In this document: positions 1-13,200 of the stretch, piece by piece | Layout: each line of letters begins with the position of its first letter | Numbering within the stretch: the stretch's first letter is position 1 | DNA from: the human T2T-CHM13v2.0 reference genome, Homo sapiens | Assembly: GCF_009914755.1 (NCBI RefSeq) | Contig: NC_060933.1 | DNA: 64,000 nt | Direction: 5' to 3' (one strand) | Translations under genes and position numbers: made by a program | Notes under the pieces: model-generated | What the model saw: only the letters and a program-made list of their open reading frames with translations | Database searches by the model: none | What the model was told of the DNA's origin: nothing

Positions 1-2279
1 CATTCCATTCCATTCCGTTCCGTTCCATTGCATTCCATTCCATTCCATTCCGTTCCGTTCCATTCCATTCCATTCCATTCTATTCGGGTTACTTCCATTC
101 CATTCCATTCGATTGCAATCGAGTTGTTTCCATTCCATTCCATTCCATTGCATTCCATTCCATTCCTTTCCATTCCATTACGGATGATTCCATTCCATTG
201 CATTCCATTCCATTCCATTCCCCTGTACTCGGGTTGATTCCATTCCATTCCATTCCAATCCATGCCATTCCACTCGTGTTGTTTCCATTCTTTCCATTCC
301 ATTCAAGTTGATTCCATTCCATTGCATTCCATTCCATTCGATTCCATTCGATTGCACTCGGGTTGATTCCATTCCATAACATTCCATTCCATTCCATTCC
401 ATTCCATTCCATTCCATTCCATTCCATTGCATTCGGATTGATTCTATTCAATTCCCTTACACTCCATTACATTCCATTCCATTCGGGTAGTTTCCATTCC
501 ATTCCATTCCATTCCTCTCCATTTCATTGCACTCGGGTTGATTCCATTCCATTGCATTCCATTCCATTCCATTCCATTCTATTCCTTTCCATTCCATTCC
601 ATTACATTCCGGAATATTCCATTCCATTGCATTCCATTCCATTCCATTCCCCTTCACTCGCGTTGATTCCAATCTATTCCATTCTATTCCATTCCATTCC
701 CTTCCTTTCCGTTCCATTCCATTCCATTCCATTCCATTCCATTCCGTTCCGTTCCATTCCATTCCATTCCATTCTATTCGGGTTAATTCCATTCCATTCC
801 ATTCGATTGCAGTCGAGTTGATTCCATTCCATTCCATTCCATTCCATTCCATTCCATTCCATTCCTTTCCATTCCATTACGGATGATTCCATTCCATTGC
901 ATTCCATTCCATTCCATTCCCCTGTACTCGGGTTGATTCCATTCCTTTCCATTCCAATCCATGCCCTTCCACTCGTGTTGATTCCATTCTTTCCATTCCA
1001 TCCTAGTTGAATCCATTCCATTGCATTCCATTCCATTCGATTCCATTCGAGTGCAGTCGGGTTGATTCCATTCCATTGCATTCCATTCCATTCCATTCCC
1101 CTGCACTCGCGTTGATTCCATTCTATTCCATTCTATTCCATTCCATTCCCTTCCTTTTCGTTCCATTCCATTCCATTCCATTCCATTCCATTCCGTTCCG
1201 TTCCATTCCATTCCATTCCATTCTATTCGGGTTAATTCCATTCCATTCCATTCGATTGCCATCGAGTTGATTCCATTCCTTTCCATTCCATTCCATTCCA
1301 TTCCTTTCCATTCCATTCCTTTCCATTCCATTACGGATGACTCCATTCCATTGCATTCCATTCCCCTGTACTCGGGTTGATTCCATTGCATTCCATTCCA
1401 CTCCATTCGGTTCCGTTGCATTCCATTCTATTGCATTCCCTTCTATTCGGGTTAATTCCATTCCATTCTATTCCATTCCATTCCATTCCATTCCATTGCA
1501 ATGGAGTTGATTCCATTCCATTCCATTCCATTCAGGATGATTCCATTCCATTGCATTCCATTCCATTCCATTCCCCTGCACTCGTGTTGATTCCATTCCC
1601 TTCCATTCCATTCCATTCCGTTCCATTCCATTCCATTCCATTCTATTCCGGTTAATTCCATTCCATTCCATTCCATTCCATTCCATTCCATTGCAATCGA
1701 GTTGATTCCATTCCATTCCTTTCCATTCCATTCCATTGCCTTGCATTCCACTCGGGTTGATTCCATTCCCTTCTTTCCACTCCATTACATTCTCTTCCAT
1801 TCCACTCGGAATGATTGATTCCATTCCATTCCATTCCATTTCATTCCATTTTAATCCATTCCAATCCATTCCATTCCATTCCATTCCACTCGAGTTGACT
1901 TCATTCCATTCCTTTCCATTCCATTCCATTCCTTTCCACTCGAGTTGATTCCATTCCATTCCAATCCATTGCAATCCATTCCATGCCATTCCACTCGGGT
2001 TGATTCCATTCCTTTGCATTCCATTCCATTCCATTCCATTGCATTCCATTCCATTCCATTCCGTTGCATTCCATTCCATTACATTCGGATTGATTCTATT
2101 CAACTCCCTTACTCTCCATTCCATTCCATTCCATTCGGGTTGTTCCATTCCATTCCATTCCATTCCACTCCATTCCATTGCACTCGGGTTTATTCCATTC
2201 GATTCCATTCCATTCCATTCCATTCCATTCCATTCTATTCCATTCCATTGCAATCGAGTTGAATCCATTGCATTTCATT

Positions 2280-5200
2280 CCATTGCATTCCATTCCATTC
2301 CATTCCCCTGTACTCGGGTTGATTCCATTCCATTTCATTCCAATCCATGCCATTCCACTCGTGTTGATTCCATTCTTTACATTCCATTCAAGTTGAATCC
2401 ATTCCATTGCATTCCATTCCATTCCATTCCCCTGCAGTCGGGTTGATTCCATTCCATTCCATTCCATTCCAATCCGTTCCGTTCCGTTCCATTCCATTCC
2501 ATTCCATTCCTTTCTATTCGGGTTAATTCCATTCCATTCCATTCCATTCCATTCCATTCCAATCAAGTTGATTCCATTCCATTCCATTCCATTCCATTCC
2601 ATTCCATTCCATTCCACTGCATTCCAGTCCTTTCCATTCCATTCCACTCGGGTTGATTCCAATGTATTCCTTTCCATTCCATTCCATTCCATTGCAATCG
2701 AGTTGATTCCATTGCTTTGCATTCCATTCCATTCCATTCCATTCCGGATGATTCCATTCCATTGCATTCCATTCCATTCCATTCCCCTGCATTCGGGTTG
2801 ATTCCATTCCATTCCACTCCATTCCGTTCCATTCCATTCCATTCCATTGTATTCGGGTTAATTCCATTCCATTCCATTCCATTCCATTCCATTACAATCG
2901 AGTTGATTCCATTCCATTCCATTCCATTCCAGTCCTTTCCATTCCATTCCTCTCTGGTTGAGTCCATTCTATTAGTTTCCATTCCATTCCATTCCCTTCC
3001 ATTCCACTCTGGTTGATTCCATTCCTTTCCATTCCACTCGAATACATTCCCTCCTATTCCACTCGGAACGATTCCATTCCATTCCATTCCATTCCGTTCC
3101 ATTCCATTCCATTCCATTCCATTCCATTGTACTCGTGTTGATTCCATTCCATTGCATTCCATTCCATTCCATTCCTTTCCATTCGGATTGATTCTATTCA
3201 ACTCCCTTACTCTCCATTACATTACATTCCATTCGGGTTGTTCCATTCCATTCCATTCCATTCCACTCCATTCCATTGCACTCGGGTTGATTCCATTCCA
3301 TTCAATTCCATTCCATTCCATTCCAGATGATTCCATTCCATTGCATTCCTTTCCATTACATTCCCCTGCACTCGCGTTGATTCCATTCCATTCCATTCAA
3401 TTCCATTCCATTACAATTCGTTCCATTCCATTCTATTCCGTACCATTCCATTCCATTCCATACCATTCCATTCCATTCCATTCCATTCCATTCTTTTCCA
3501 TTCCGTTCCATTCCATTCCATTCCATTCTATTGAGATTAATTCCATTCCATTCCATTCCATTCTATTCCATTCCATTGCAATCGAGTTGAATCCATTGCA
3601 TTTCATTCCATTCCATTCCATTCTATTCCATTCCGGAAGATTCCATTCCATTGCATTCCATTCCATTCCATTCCCCTGCACTCGCGTTGATTCCATTCCA
3701 TTCCATTCCATTCCATTCCGCTCCGTTCCATTCCATTCCATTCCATTCCATTCCGTTCCGTTCCATTCCATTCCATTCCATTCTATTCGGGTTAATTCCA
3801 TTCCATTCCATTCGATTGCAATCGAGTTGATTCCATTCCATTCCATTCCATTCCATTCCATTCCATTCCTTTCCATTCCATTACGGATGATTCCATTCCA
3901 TTGCATTCCATTCCATTCCATTCCCCTGTACTCGGGTTGATTCCATTCCATTCCATTCCAATCCATGCCATTCCACTCGTGTTGATTCCATTCTTTCCAT
4001 TCCATTCAAGTTGAATCCATTCCGTTGCATTCCATTCCATTCCATTCCCCTGCAGTCGGGTTGATTCCATTCCATTCCATTCCATTCCATTCCATTCCAT
4101 TCCGTTCCGTTCCGTTCCGTTCCATTCCATTCCATTCCTTTCTATTCGGGTTAATTCCATTCCATTCCATTCCATTCCATTTCATTCCATTCCAATCAAG
4201 TTGATTCCATTCCATTGCATTCCATTCAATTCCATTCCATTCCATTCCTCTCCATTCCAGTCCTTTCCATTCCATTCCACTCGGGTTTATTCCAATGTAT
4301 TCCTTTCCATTCCATTCCTTTCCATTGCAATCGAGTTGATTCCATTGCTTTGCATTCCATTCCATTCCATTCCATTCCGGATGATTCCATTCCATTGCAT
4401 TCCATTCCATTCCATTCCCCTGCACTCGGGTTGATTCCATTCCATTCCACTCCATTCCATTCCATTCCATTCCATTCCATTGTATTCGGGTTAATTCCAT
4501 TCCATTCCATTCCATTCCATTCCATTCCATTACAATCGAGTTGATTCCATTCCATTCCATTGCATTCCAGTCCTTTCCATTCCATTCCACTCGGGTTGAT
4601 TCCATTCTATTAGTTTCCATTCCATTCCATTCCCTTCCATTCCACTCTGGTTGATTCCATTCCTTTAAATTCCACTCGAATACATTCCCTCCTATTCCAC
4701 TCGGAACGATTCCATTCCATTCCATTCCATTCCATTCCATTCCATTCCATTCCATTCCATTACGGATGATTCCATTCCATTGCATTCCATTCCATTCCAT
4801 TCCCCTGTACTCGGGTTGATTCCATTCCATTTCATTCCAATCCATGCCATTCCACTCGTGTTGATTCCATTCTTTACATTCCATTCAAGTTGAATCCATT
4901 CCATTGCATTCTATTCCATTCCATTCCCCTGCAGTCGGGTTGATTCCATTCCATTCCATTCCATTCCAATCCGTTCCGTTCCGTTCCATTCCATTCCATT
5001 CCTTTCTATTCGGGTTAATTCCATTCCATTCCATTCCATTCCATTCCATTCCAATCAAGTTGATTCCATTCCATTCCATTCCATTCCATTCCATTCCATT
5101 CCATTCCACTGCATTCCAGTCCTTTCCATTCCATTCCACTCGGGTTGATTCCAATGTATTCCTTTCCATTCCATTCCATTCCATTGCAATCGAGTTGATT

Positions 5201-7255
5201 CCATTGCTTTGCATTCCATTCCATTCCATTCCATTCCGGATGATTCCATTCCATTGCATTCCATTCCATTCCATTCCCCTGCATTCGGGTTGATTCCATT
5301 CCATTCCACTCCATTCCGTTCCATTCCATTCCATTCCATTGTATTCGGGTTAATTCCATTCCATTCCATTCCATTCCATTCCATTACAATCGAGTTGATT
5401 CCATTCCATTCCATTCCATTCCAGTCCTTTCCATTCCATTCCTCTCTGGTTGATTCCATTCTATTAGTTTCCATTCCATTCCATTCCCTTCCATTCCACT
5501 CTGGTTGATTCCATTCCTTTCCATTCCACTCGAATACATTCCCTCCTATTCCACTCGGAACGATTCCATTCCATTCCATTCCATTCCGTTCCATTCCATT
5601 CCATTCCATTCCATTCCATTGTACTCGTGTTGATTCCATTCCATTGCATTCCATTCCATTCCATTCCTTTCCATTCGGATTGATTCTATTCAACTCCCTT
5701 ACTCTCCATTACATTACATTCCATTCGGGTTGTTCCATTCCATTCCATTCCATTCCACTCCATTCCATTGCACTCGGGTTGATTCCATTCCATTCAATTC
5801 CATTCCATTCCATTCCAGATGATTCCATTCCATTGCATTCCTTTCCATTACATTCCCCTGCACTCGCGTTGATTCCATTCCATTCCATTCAATTCCATTC
5901 CATTACAATTCGTTCCATTCCATTCTATTCCGTACCATTCCATTCCATTCCATACCATTCCATTCCATTCCATTCCATTCCATTCTTTTCCATTCCGTTC
6001 CATTCCATTCCATTCCATTCTATTGAGATTAATTCCATTCCATTCCATTCCATTCTATTCCATTCCATTGCAATCGAGTTGAATCCATTGCATTTCATTC
6101 CATTCCATTCCATTCTATTCCATTCCGGAAGATTCCATTCCATTGCATTCCATTCCATTCCATTCCCCTGCACTCGCGTTGATTCCATTCCATTCCATTC
6201 CATTCCATTCCGCTCCGTTCCATTCCATTCCATTCCATTCCATTCCGTTCCGTTCCATTCCATTCCATTCCATTCTATTCGGGTTAATTCCATTCCATTC
6301 CATTCGATTGCAATCGAGTTGATTCCATTCCATTCCATTCCATTCCATTCCATTCCATTCCTTTCCATTCCATTACGGATGATTCCATTCCATTGCATTC
6401 CATTCCATTCCATTCCCCTGTACTCGGGTTGATTCCATTCCATTCCATTCCAATCCATGCCATTCCACTCGTGTTGATTCCATTCTTTCCATTCCATTCA
6501 AGTTGAATCCATTCCGTTGCATTCCATTCCATTCCATTCCCCTGCAGTCGGGTTGATTCCATTCCATTCCATTCCATTCCATTCCATTCCATTCCATTCC
6601 GTTCCGTTCCGTTCCGTTCCATTCCATTCCATTCCTTTCTATTCGGGTTAATTCCATTCCATTCCATTCCATTCCATTTCATTCCATTCCAATCAAGTTG
6701 ATTCCATTCCATTGCATTCCATTCAATTCCATTCCATTCCATTCCTCTCCATTCCAGTCCTTTCCATTCCATTCCACTCGGGTTTATTCCAATGTATTCC
6801 TTTCCATTCCATTCCTTTCCATTGCAATCGAGTTGATTCCATTGCTTTGCATTCCATTCCATTCCATTCCATTCCGGATGATTCCATTCCATTGCATTCC
6901 ATTCCATTCCATTCCCCTGCACTCGGGTTGATTCCATTCCATTCCACTCCATTCCATTCCATTCCATTCCATTCCATTGTATTCGGGTTAATTCCATTCC
7001 ATTCCATTCCATTCCATTCCATTCCATTACAATCGAGTTGATTCCATTCCATTCCATTGCATTCCAGTCCTTTCCATTCCATTCCACTCGGGTTGATTCC
7101 ATTCTATTAGTTTCCATTCCATTCCATTCCCTTCCATTCCACTCTGGTTGATTCCATTCCTTTAAATTCCACTCGAATACATTCCCTCCTATTCCACTCG
7201 GAACGATTCCATTCCATTCCATTCCATTCCATTCCATTCCATTCCATTCCATTCC
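2280..7255. repeat. Recent tandem duplication, 2 x ~2.49 kb (~2280-4770 and ~4775-7255)
   Basis: Identical ORF translations at offset 2492 (3152/5644, 2523/5015) and 2497 (4201/6698). Shared rare variants include ttgagattaa (~3531/~6023) and cctttaaattcc (~4662/~7159). Confidence 0.92.
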
Positions 7256-10200
7256 ATTTCGTTCCGTTCCATTCTATTCCGAATCATTCCATTCCATTCC
7301 ATTGCATTCCATTCCATTCCATTCCATTCCATTCCGTTGCATTCCATTCCATTACATTCGGATTGATTCTATTCAACTCCCTTACTCTCCATTACATTAC
7401 ATTCCATTCGGGTTGTTCCATTCCATTCCACTCCATTCCATTGCACTCGGGTTGATTCCATTCCATTCCATTCCATTCCGGATGATTCCATTCCATTGCA
7501 TTCCGTTCCATTACATTCCCCTGCACTCGCGTTGATTCCATTCCATTCCATTCCATTCCATTCAATTCCATTCCATTACAATTCGTTCCATTCCATTCTA
7601 TTCCGTACCATTCCATTCCATTCCATACCATTCCATTCCATTCCATTCCATTCCATTCCGTTCCATTCCGTTCCATTCCATTCCATTCCATTCTATTCGG
7701 ATTAATTCCATTCCATTCCATTCCATTACATTCTATTCCATTCCATTGCAATCGAGTTGAATCCATTGCATTTCATTCCATTCCATTCCATTCCATTCCA
7801 TTCCATTCCGGAAGATTCCATTCCATTGCATTCCTTTCCATTCCATTCCCCTGCACTCGCGTTGATTCCATTCCATACCATTCCATTCCATTCCGTTCCG
7901 TTCCATTCCATTCCATTCCATTCCATTCCATTCCGTTCCCTTCCATTCTATTCCATTCCATTCCATTCGGGTTAATTCCATTCCATTCCATTCGATTGCA
8001 ATCCAGTTGATTCCATTCCATTCCATTCCATTCCATTCCATTCCATTCCATTCCTTTCCATTCCATTACGGATGATTCCATTCCATTGCATTCCATTCCA
8101 TTCCATTCCCCTGTACTCGGGTTGATTCCATTCCATTCCATTCCAATCCATGCCATTCCACTCGTGTTGATTCCATTCTTTCCATTCCATTCAAGTTGAA
8201 TCCATTGCATTGCATTCCATTCAATTCGATTCCATTCGATTGCACTCGGGTTTATTCCATTCCATTGCATTCCATTCCATTCCATTCCATTCCATTCCAT
8301 TCCATTCCATTCCATTCGGATTGATTCTATTCAACTCCCTTACTCTCCATTACATTCCATTCCATTCGGGTTGTTCCATTCCATTCCATTCCATTCCACT
8401 GCATTCCACTGCACTCGGGTTGATTCCATTCCATTCCATTCCATTCCATTCCATTCCAGTCCTTTCCATTCCATTCCACTCGGGTTGATTCCATTCTATT
8501 GGTTTCCATTCCATTCCATTCCCTTCCATTCCACTCTGGTTGATTCCATTCCTTTCCATTCCACTCGAATACATTCTCTCCTATTCCACTCGGAATGATT
8601 CCATTCCATTCCATTCCATTCCATTCCATTCCATTTCGTTCCATTCCATTCTATTCCGTATCATTCCATTCCATTCCATTCCATTCCGTTCCATTGTACT
8701 CGGGTTGATTCCATTCCATTGCATTCCATTCCATTCCATTCCATTCCATTCCATTCCATTCCATTGCGTTCCATTCCATTCCATTCCATTCGGATTGATT
8801 CTATTCAATTCCCTTACACTCCATTACATTCCATTCCATTCGGGTAGTTTCCATTCCATTCCATTCCATTCCTCTCCATTCCATTGCACTCGGGTTGATT
8901 CCATTCCATTGCATTCCATTCCATTCCATTCAATTCCATTCCGTTCCATTCCATTCCATTACATTCGGATTGATTCTATTCAACTCCCTAACTCTCCATT
9001 ACATTCCATTCCATTCGGGTTGATCCATTCCATTCCATTCCATTCCACTCCATTCCATTGCACTCGGGTTGATTCCATTCCATTCCATTCCATTCCATTC
9101 CATTCCATTCCATTCCATTCCGGATGATTCCATTCCATTGCATTCCGTTCCATTACATTCCCCTGCACTCGGGTTGATTCCATTCCATTCCATTCCATTC
9201 CATTCCATTCCATTCCATTCCATTCCAATTCTTTCCATTCCATTCTATTCCGTACCATGCCATTCCATTCCATACAACACCATTCCATTCCATTCCACTC
9301 CGTTCCGTTCCGTTCCGTTCCGTTCCGTTCCATTCCATTCCATTGCATTCTATTCGGGTTAATTCCATTCCATTCCATTCGATTGCAATCGAGTTGATTC
9401 CATTCCATTCCATTCCATTCCATTCCATTCCATTCCATTCCATTCCTTTCCATTCCATTACGGATGATTCCATTCCATTGCATTCCATTCCATTCCATTT
9501 CCCTGTACTCGGGTTGATTCCATTCCATTTCATTCCAATCCATGCCATTCCACTCGTGTTGATTCCATTCTTTCCATTCCATTCAAGTTGAATCCATTCC
9601 ATTGCATTCCATTCCATTCCATTCCCCTGCATTCGGGTTGTTTCCATTCCATTCCATTCCATTCCATTCCATTCCATTCCATTCCATTCCGTTCTGTTCC
9701 ATTCCATTCCATTCCATTCTATTCGGGTTAATTCCATTCCTTTCCATTCCATTCCATTCCATTCCATTCCAATCTAGTTGATTCCATTCCATTCCATTCC
9801 ATTCCATTCCACTCCATTCCAGTCCATTCCATTCCATTCCACTCGGGTTGATTCCAATGTATTCCTTTCCATTCCATTCCATTCCATTGCAATCGAGTTG
9901 ATTCCATTGCTTTGCATTCCATTCCATTCCATTCCATTCCGGATGATTCCATTCCATTGCATTCCATTCCATTCCATTCCCCTGCACTCGGGTTGATTCC
10001 ATTCCATTCCACTCCATTCCATTCCATTCCATTCCATTCCGTTGTATTCGGGTTAATTCCATTCCATTCCATTCCATTCCATTCCATTCCCTTCCATTCC
10101 ATTCCAATCCATTACAATCGAGTTGATTCCATTCCATTCCATTCCATTCCATTCCATTCCATTCCATTCCATTCCTTTCCATTCCATTCCACTCGGGTTG

Positions 10201-13200
10201 ATTCCATTCTATTAGTTTCCATTCCATTCCATTCCCTTCCATTCCACTCTGGTTGATTCCATTCCTTTCCATTCCACTCGAATACATTCCCTCCTATTCC
10301 ACTCGGAACGATTCTATTCCATTCCATTCCATTCCATTCCATTCCATTCCATTTCGTTCCATTCCATTCTATTCCGTACCATTCCATTCCATTCCATTCC
10401 TTTCCATTCCATTCCATTCCACTCGTGTTGATTCCATTCCTTTCCATTCCATTCGGTTTGAAAGCATTCCATTCCATTCAATTCCACTCCATTCCATTCC
10501 ATTCCATTCCATTCCATTCCATTCCATTCCATTCCATTGTACTCGGGTTGATTCCATTCCATTGCATTCCATTCCATTCCATTCCATTCCATTCCATTCC
10601 ATTCCATTCCATTCCGTTGCATTCCATTCCATTCCATTCCCCTGCACTCGCGTTGATTCCATTCCATTCCATTCCATTCCATTCCATTCCGTTCCGTTCC
10701 ATTGCATTCCATTCCATTCCATTCCGTTCCGTTCCATTCCATTCCATTCCATTCTATTCGGGTTACTTCCATTCCATTCCATTCGATTGCAATCGAGTTG
10801 ATTCCATTCCATTCCATTCCATTGCATTCCATTCCATTCCTTTCCATTCCATTACGGATGATTCCATTCCATTGCATTCCATTCCATTCCATTCCCCTGT
10901 ACTCGGGTTGATTCCATTCCATTCCATTCCAATCCATGCCCTTCCACTCGTGTTGATTCCATTCTTTCCATTCCATTCAAGTTGAATCCATTCCATTGCA
11001 TTCCATTCCATTCGATTCCATTCGATTGCACTCGGGTTGATTCCATTCCATTGCATTCCATTCCATTCCATTCCATTCCATTCCATTCCGTTCCATTCCA
11101 TTCCATTATATTCGGATTGATTCTATTCAATTCCCTTACACTCCATTACATTCCATTCCATTCGGGTAGTTTCCATTCCATTCCATTCCATGCCTCTCCA
11201 TTCCATTGCAATCGGGTTGATTCCATTCCATTGCATTCCATTCCATTCCATTCAATTCCATTCCGTTCCATTCCATTCCATTACATTCGGATTGATTCTA
11301 TTCAACTCCCTTACTCTCCATTACATTCCATTCCATTCGGGTTGTTCCATTCCATTCCATTCCATTCCACTCCATTCCATTGCACTCGGGTTTATTCCAT
11401 TCGATTCCATTCCATTCCATTCCATTCCATTCCATTCTATTCCATTCCATTGCAATCGAGTTGAATCCATTGCATTTCATTCCATTGCATTCCATTCCAT
11501 TCCATTCCCCTGTACTCGGGTTGATTCCATTCCATTTCATTCCAATCCATGCCATTCCACTCGTGTTGATTCCATTCTTTACATTCCATTCAAGTTGAAT
11601 CCATTCCATTGCATTCCATTCCATTCCATTCCCCTGCAGTCGGGTTGATTCCATTCCATTCCATTCCATTCCAATCCGTTCCGTTCCGTTCCATTCCATT
11701 CCATTCCTTTCTATTCGGGTTAATTCCATTCCATTCCATTCCATTCCATTCCATTCCAATCAAGTTGATTCCATTCCATTCCATCCCATTCCATTCCATT
11801 CCATTCCATTCCACTGCATTCCAGTCCTTTCCATTCCATTCCACTCGGGTTGATTCCAATGTATTCCTTTCCATTGCATTCCATTCCATTGCAATCGAGT
11901 TGATTCCATTGCTTTGCATTCCATTCCATTCCATTCCATTCCGGATGATTCCATTCCATTGCATTCCATTCCATTCCATTCCCCTGCATTCGGGTTGATT
12001 CCATTCCATTCCACTCCATTCCGTTCCATTCCATTCCATTCCATTGTATTCGGGTTAATTCCATTCCATTCCATTCCATTCCATTCCATTACAATCGAGT
12101 TGATTCCATTCCATTCCATTCCATTCCAGTCCTTTCCATTCCATTCCTCTCTGGTTGATTCCATTCTATTAGTTTCCATTCCATTCCATTCCCTTCCATT
12201 CCACTCTGGTTGATTCCATTCCTTTCCATTCCACTCGAATACATTCCCTCCTATTCCACTCGGAACGATTCCATTCCATTCCATTCCATTCCGTTCCATT
12301 CCATTCCATTCCATTCCATTCCATTGTACTCGTGTTGATTCCATTCCATTGCATTCCATTCCATTCCATTCCTTTCCATTCGGATTGATTCTATTCAACT
12401 CCCTTACTCTCCATTACATTACATTCCATTCGGGTTGTTCCATTCCATTCCATTCCATTCCACTCCATTCCATTGCACTCGGGTTGATTCCATTCCATTC
12501 CATTCCATTCCATTCCATTCCATTCCATTCCGGAAGATTCCATTCCATTGCATTCCATTCCATTCCATTCCCCTGCACTCGCGTTGATTCCATTCCATTC
12601 CATTCCACTCCATTGCATTCCATTCCATTCCTTTCCGTTCCATTCCATTCCATTCCATTCCATTCCAATCCATTCCATTCCGTTCCGTTCCGTTCCATTC
12701 CATTCCATTCCATTCTATTCGGGTTAATTCCATTCCATTCCATTCGATTGCAATCGAGTTGATTCCATTCCATTCCATTCCATTCCATTCCATTCCATTC
12801 CATTCCATTACTTTCCATTCCATTACGGATGATTCCATTCCATTGCATTCCATTCCATTCCATTCCCCTGTACTCGGGTTGATTCCATTCCATTCCATTC
12901 CAATCCATGCCATTCCACTCGTGTTAATTGCATTCTTTCCATTCCATTCAAGTTGAATCCATTCCATTGCATTCCCTTGCATTCCATTCCCCTGCAGTCG
13001 GGTTGATTCCATTCCATTCCATTCCATTCCGTTCCATTCCATTCCATTCCGTTCTGTTCCATTCCATTGCATTCCATTCTATTCGGGTTAATTCCATTCC
13101 ATTCCATTCCATTCCATTCCAATCGAGTTGATTCCATTCGATTCCATTCCATTCCATTCCACTCCATTCCAGTCCTTTCCATTCCATTCCACTCGGGTTG

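Noticed and set aside
435-470. GGATTGATTCTATTCA as a DUX4-type site
   Set aside because: It lacks the TAA half of the DUX4 consensus, and the established DUX4 satellite target is HSat2.
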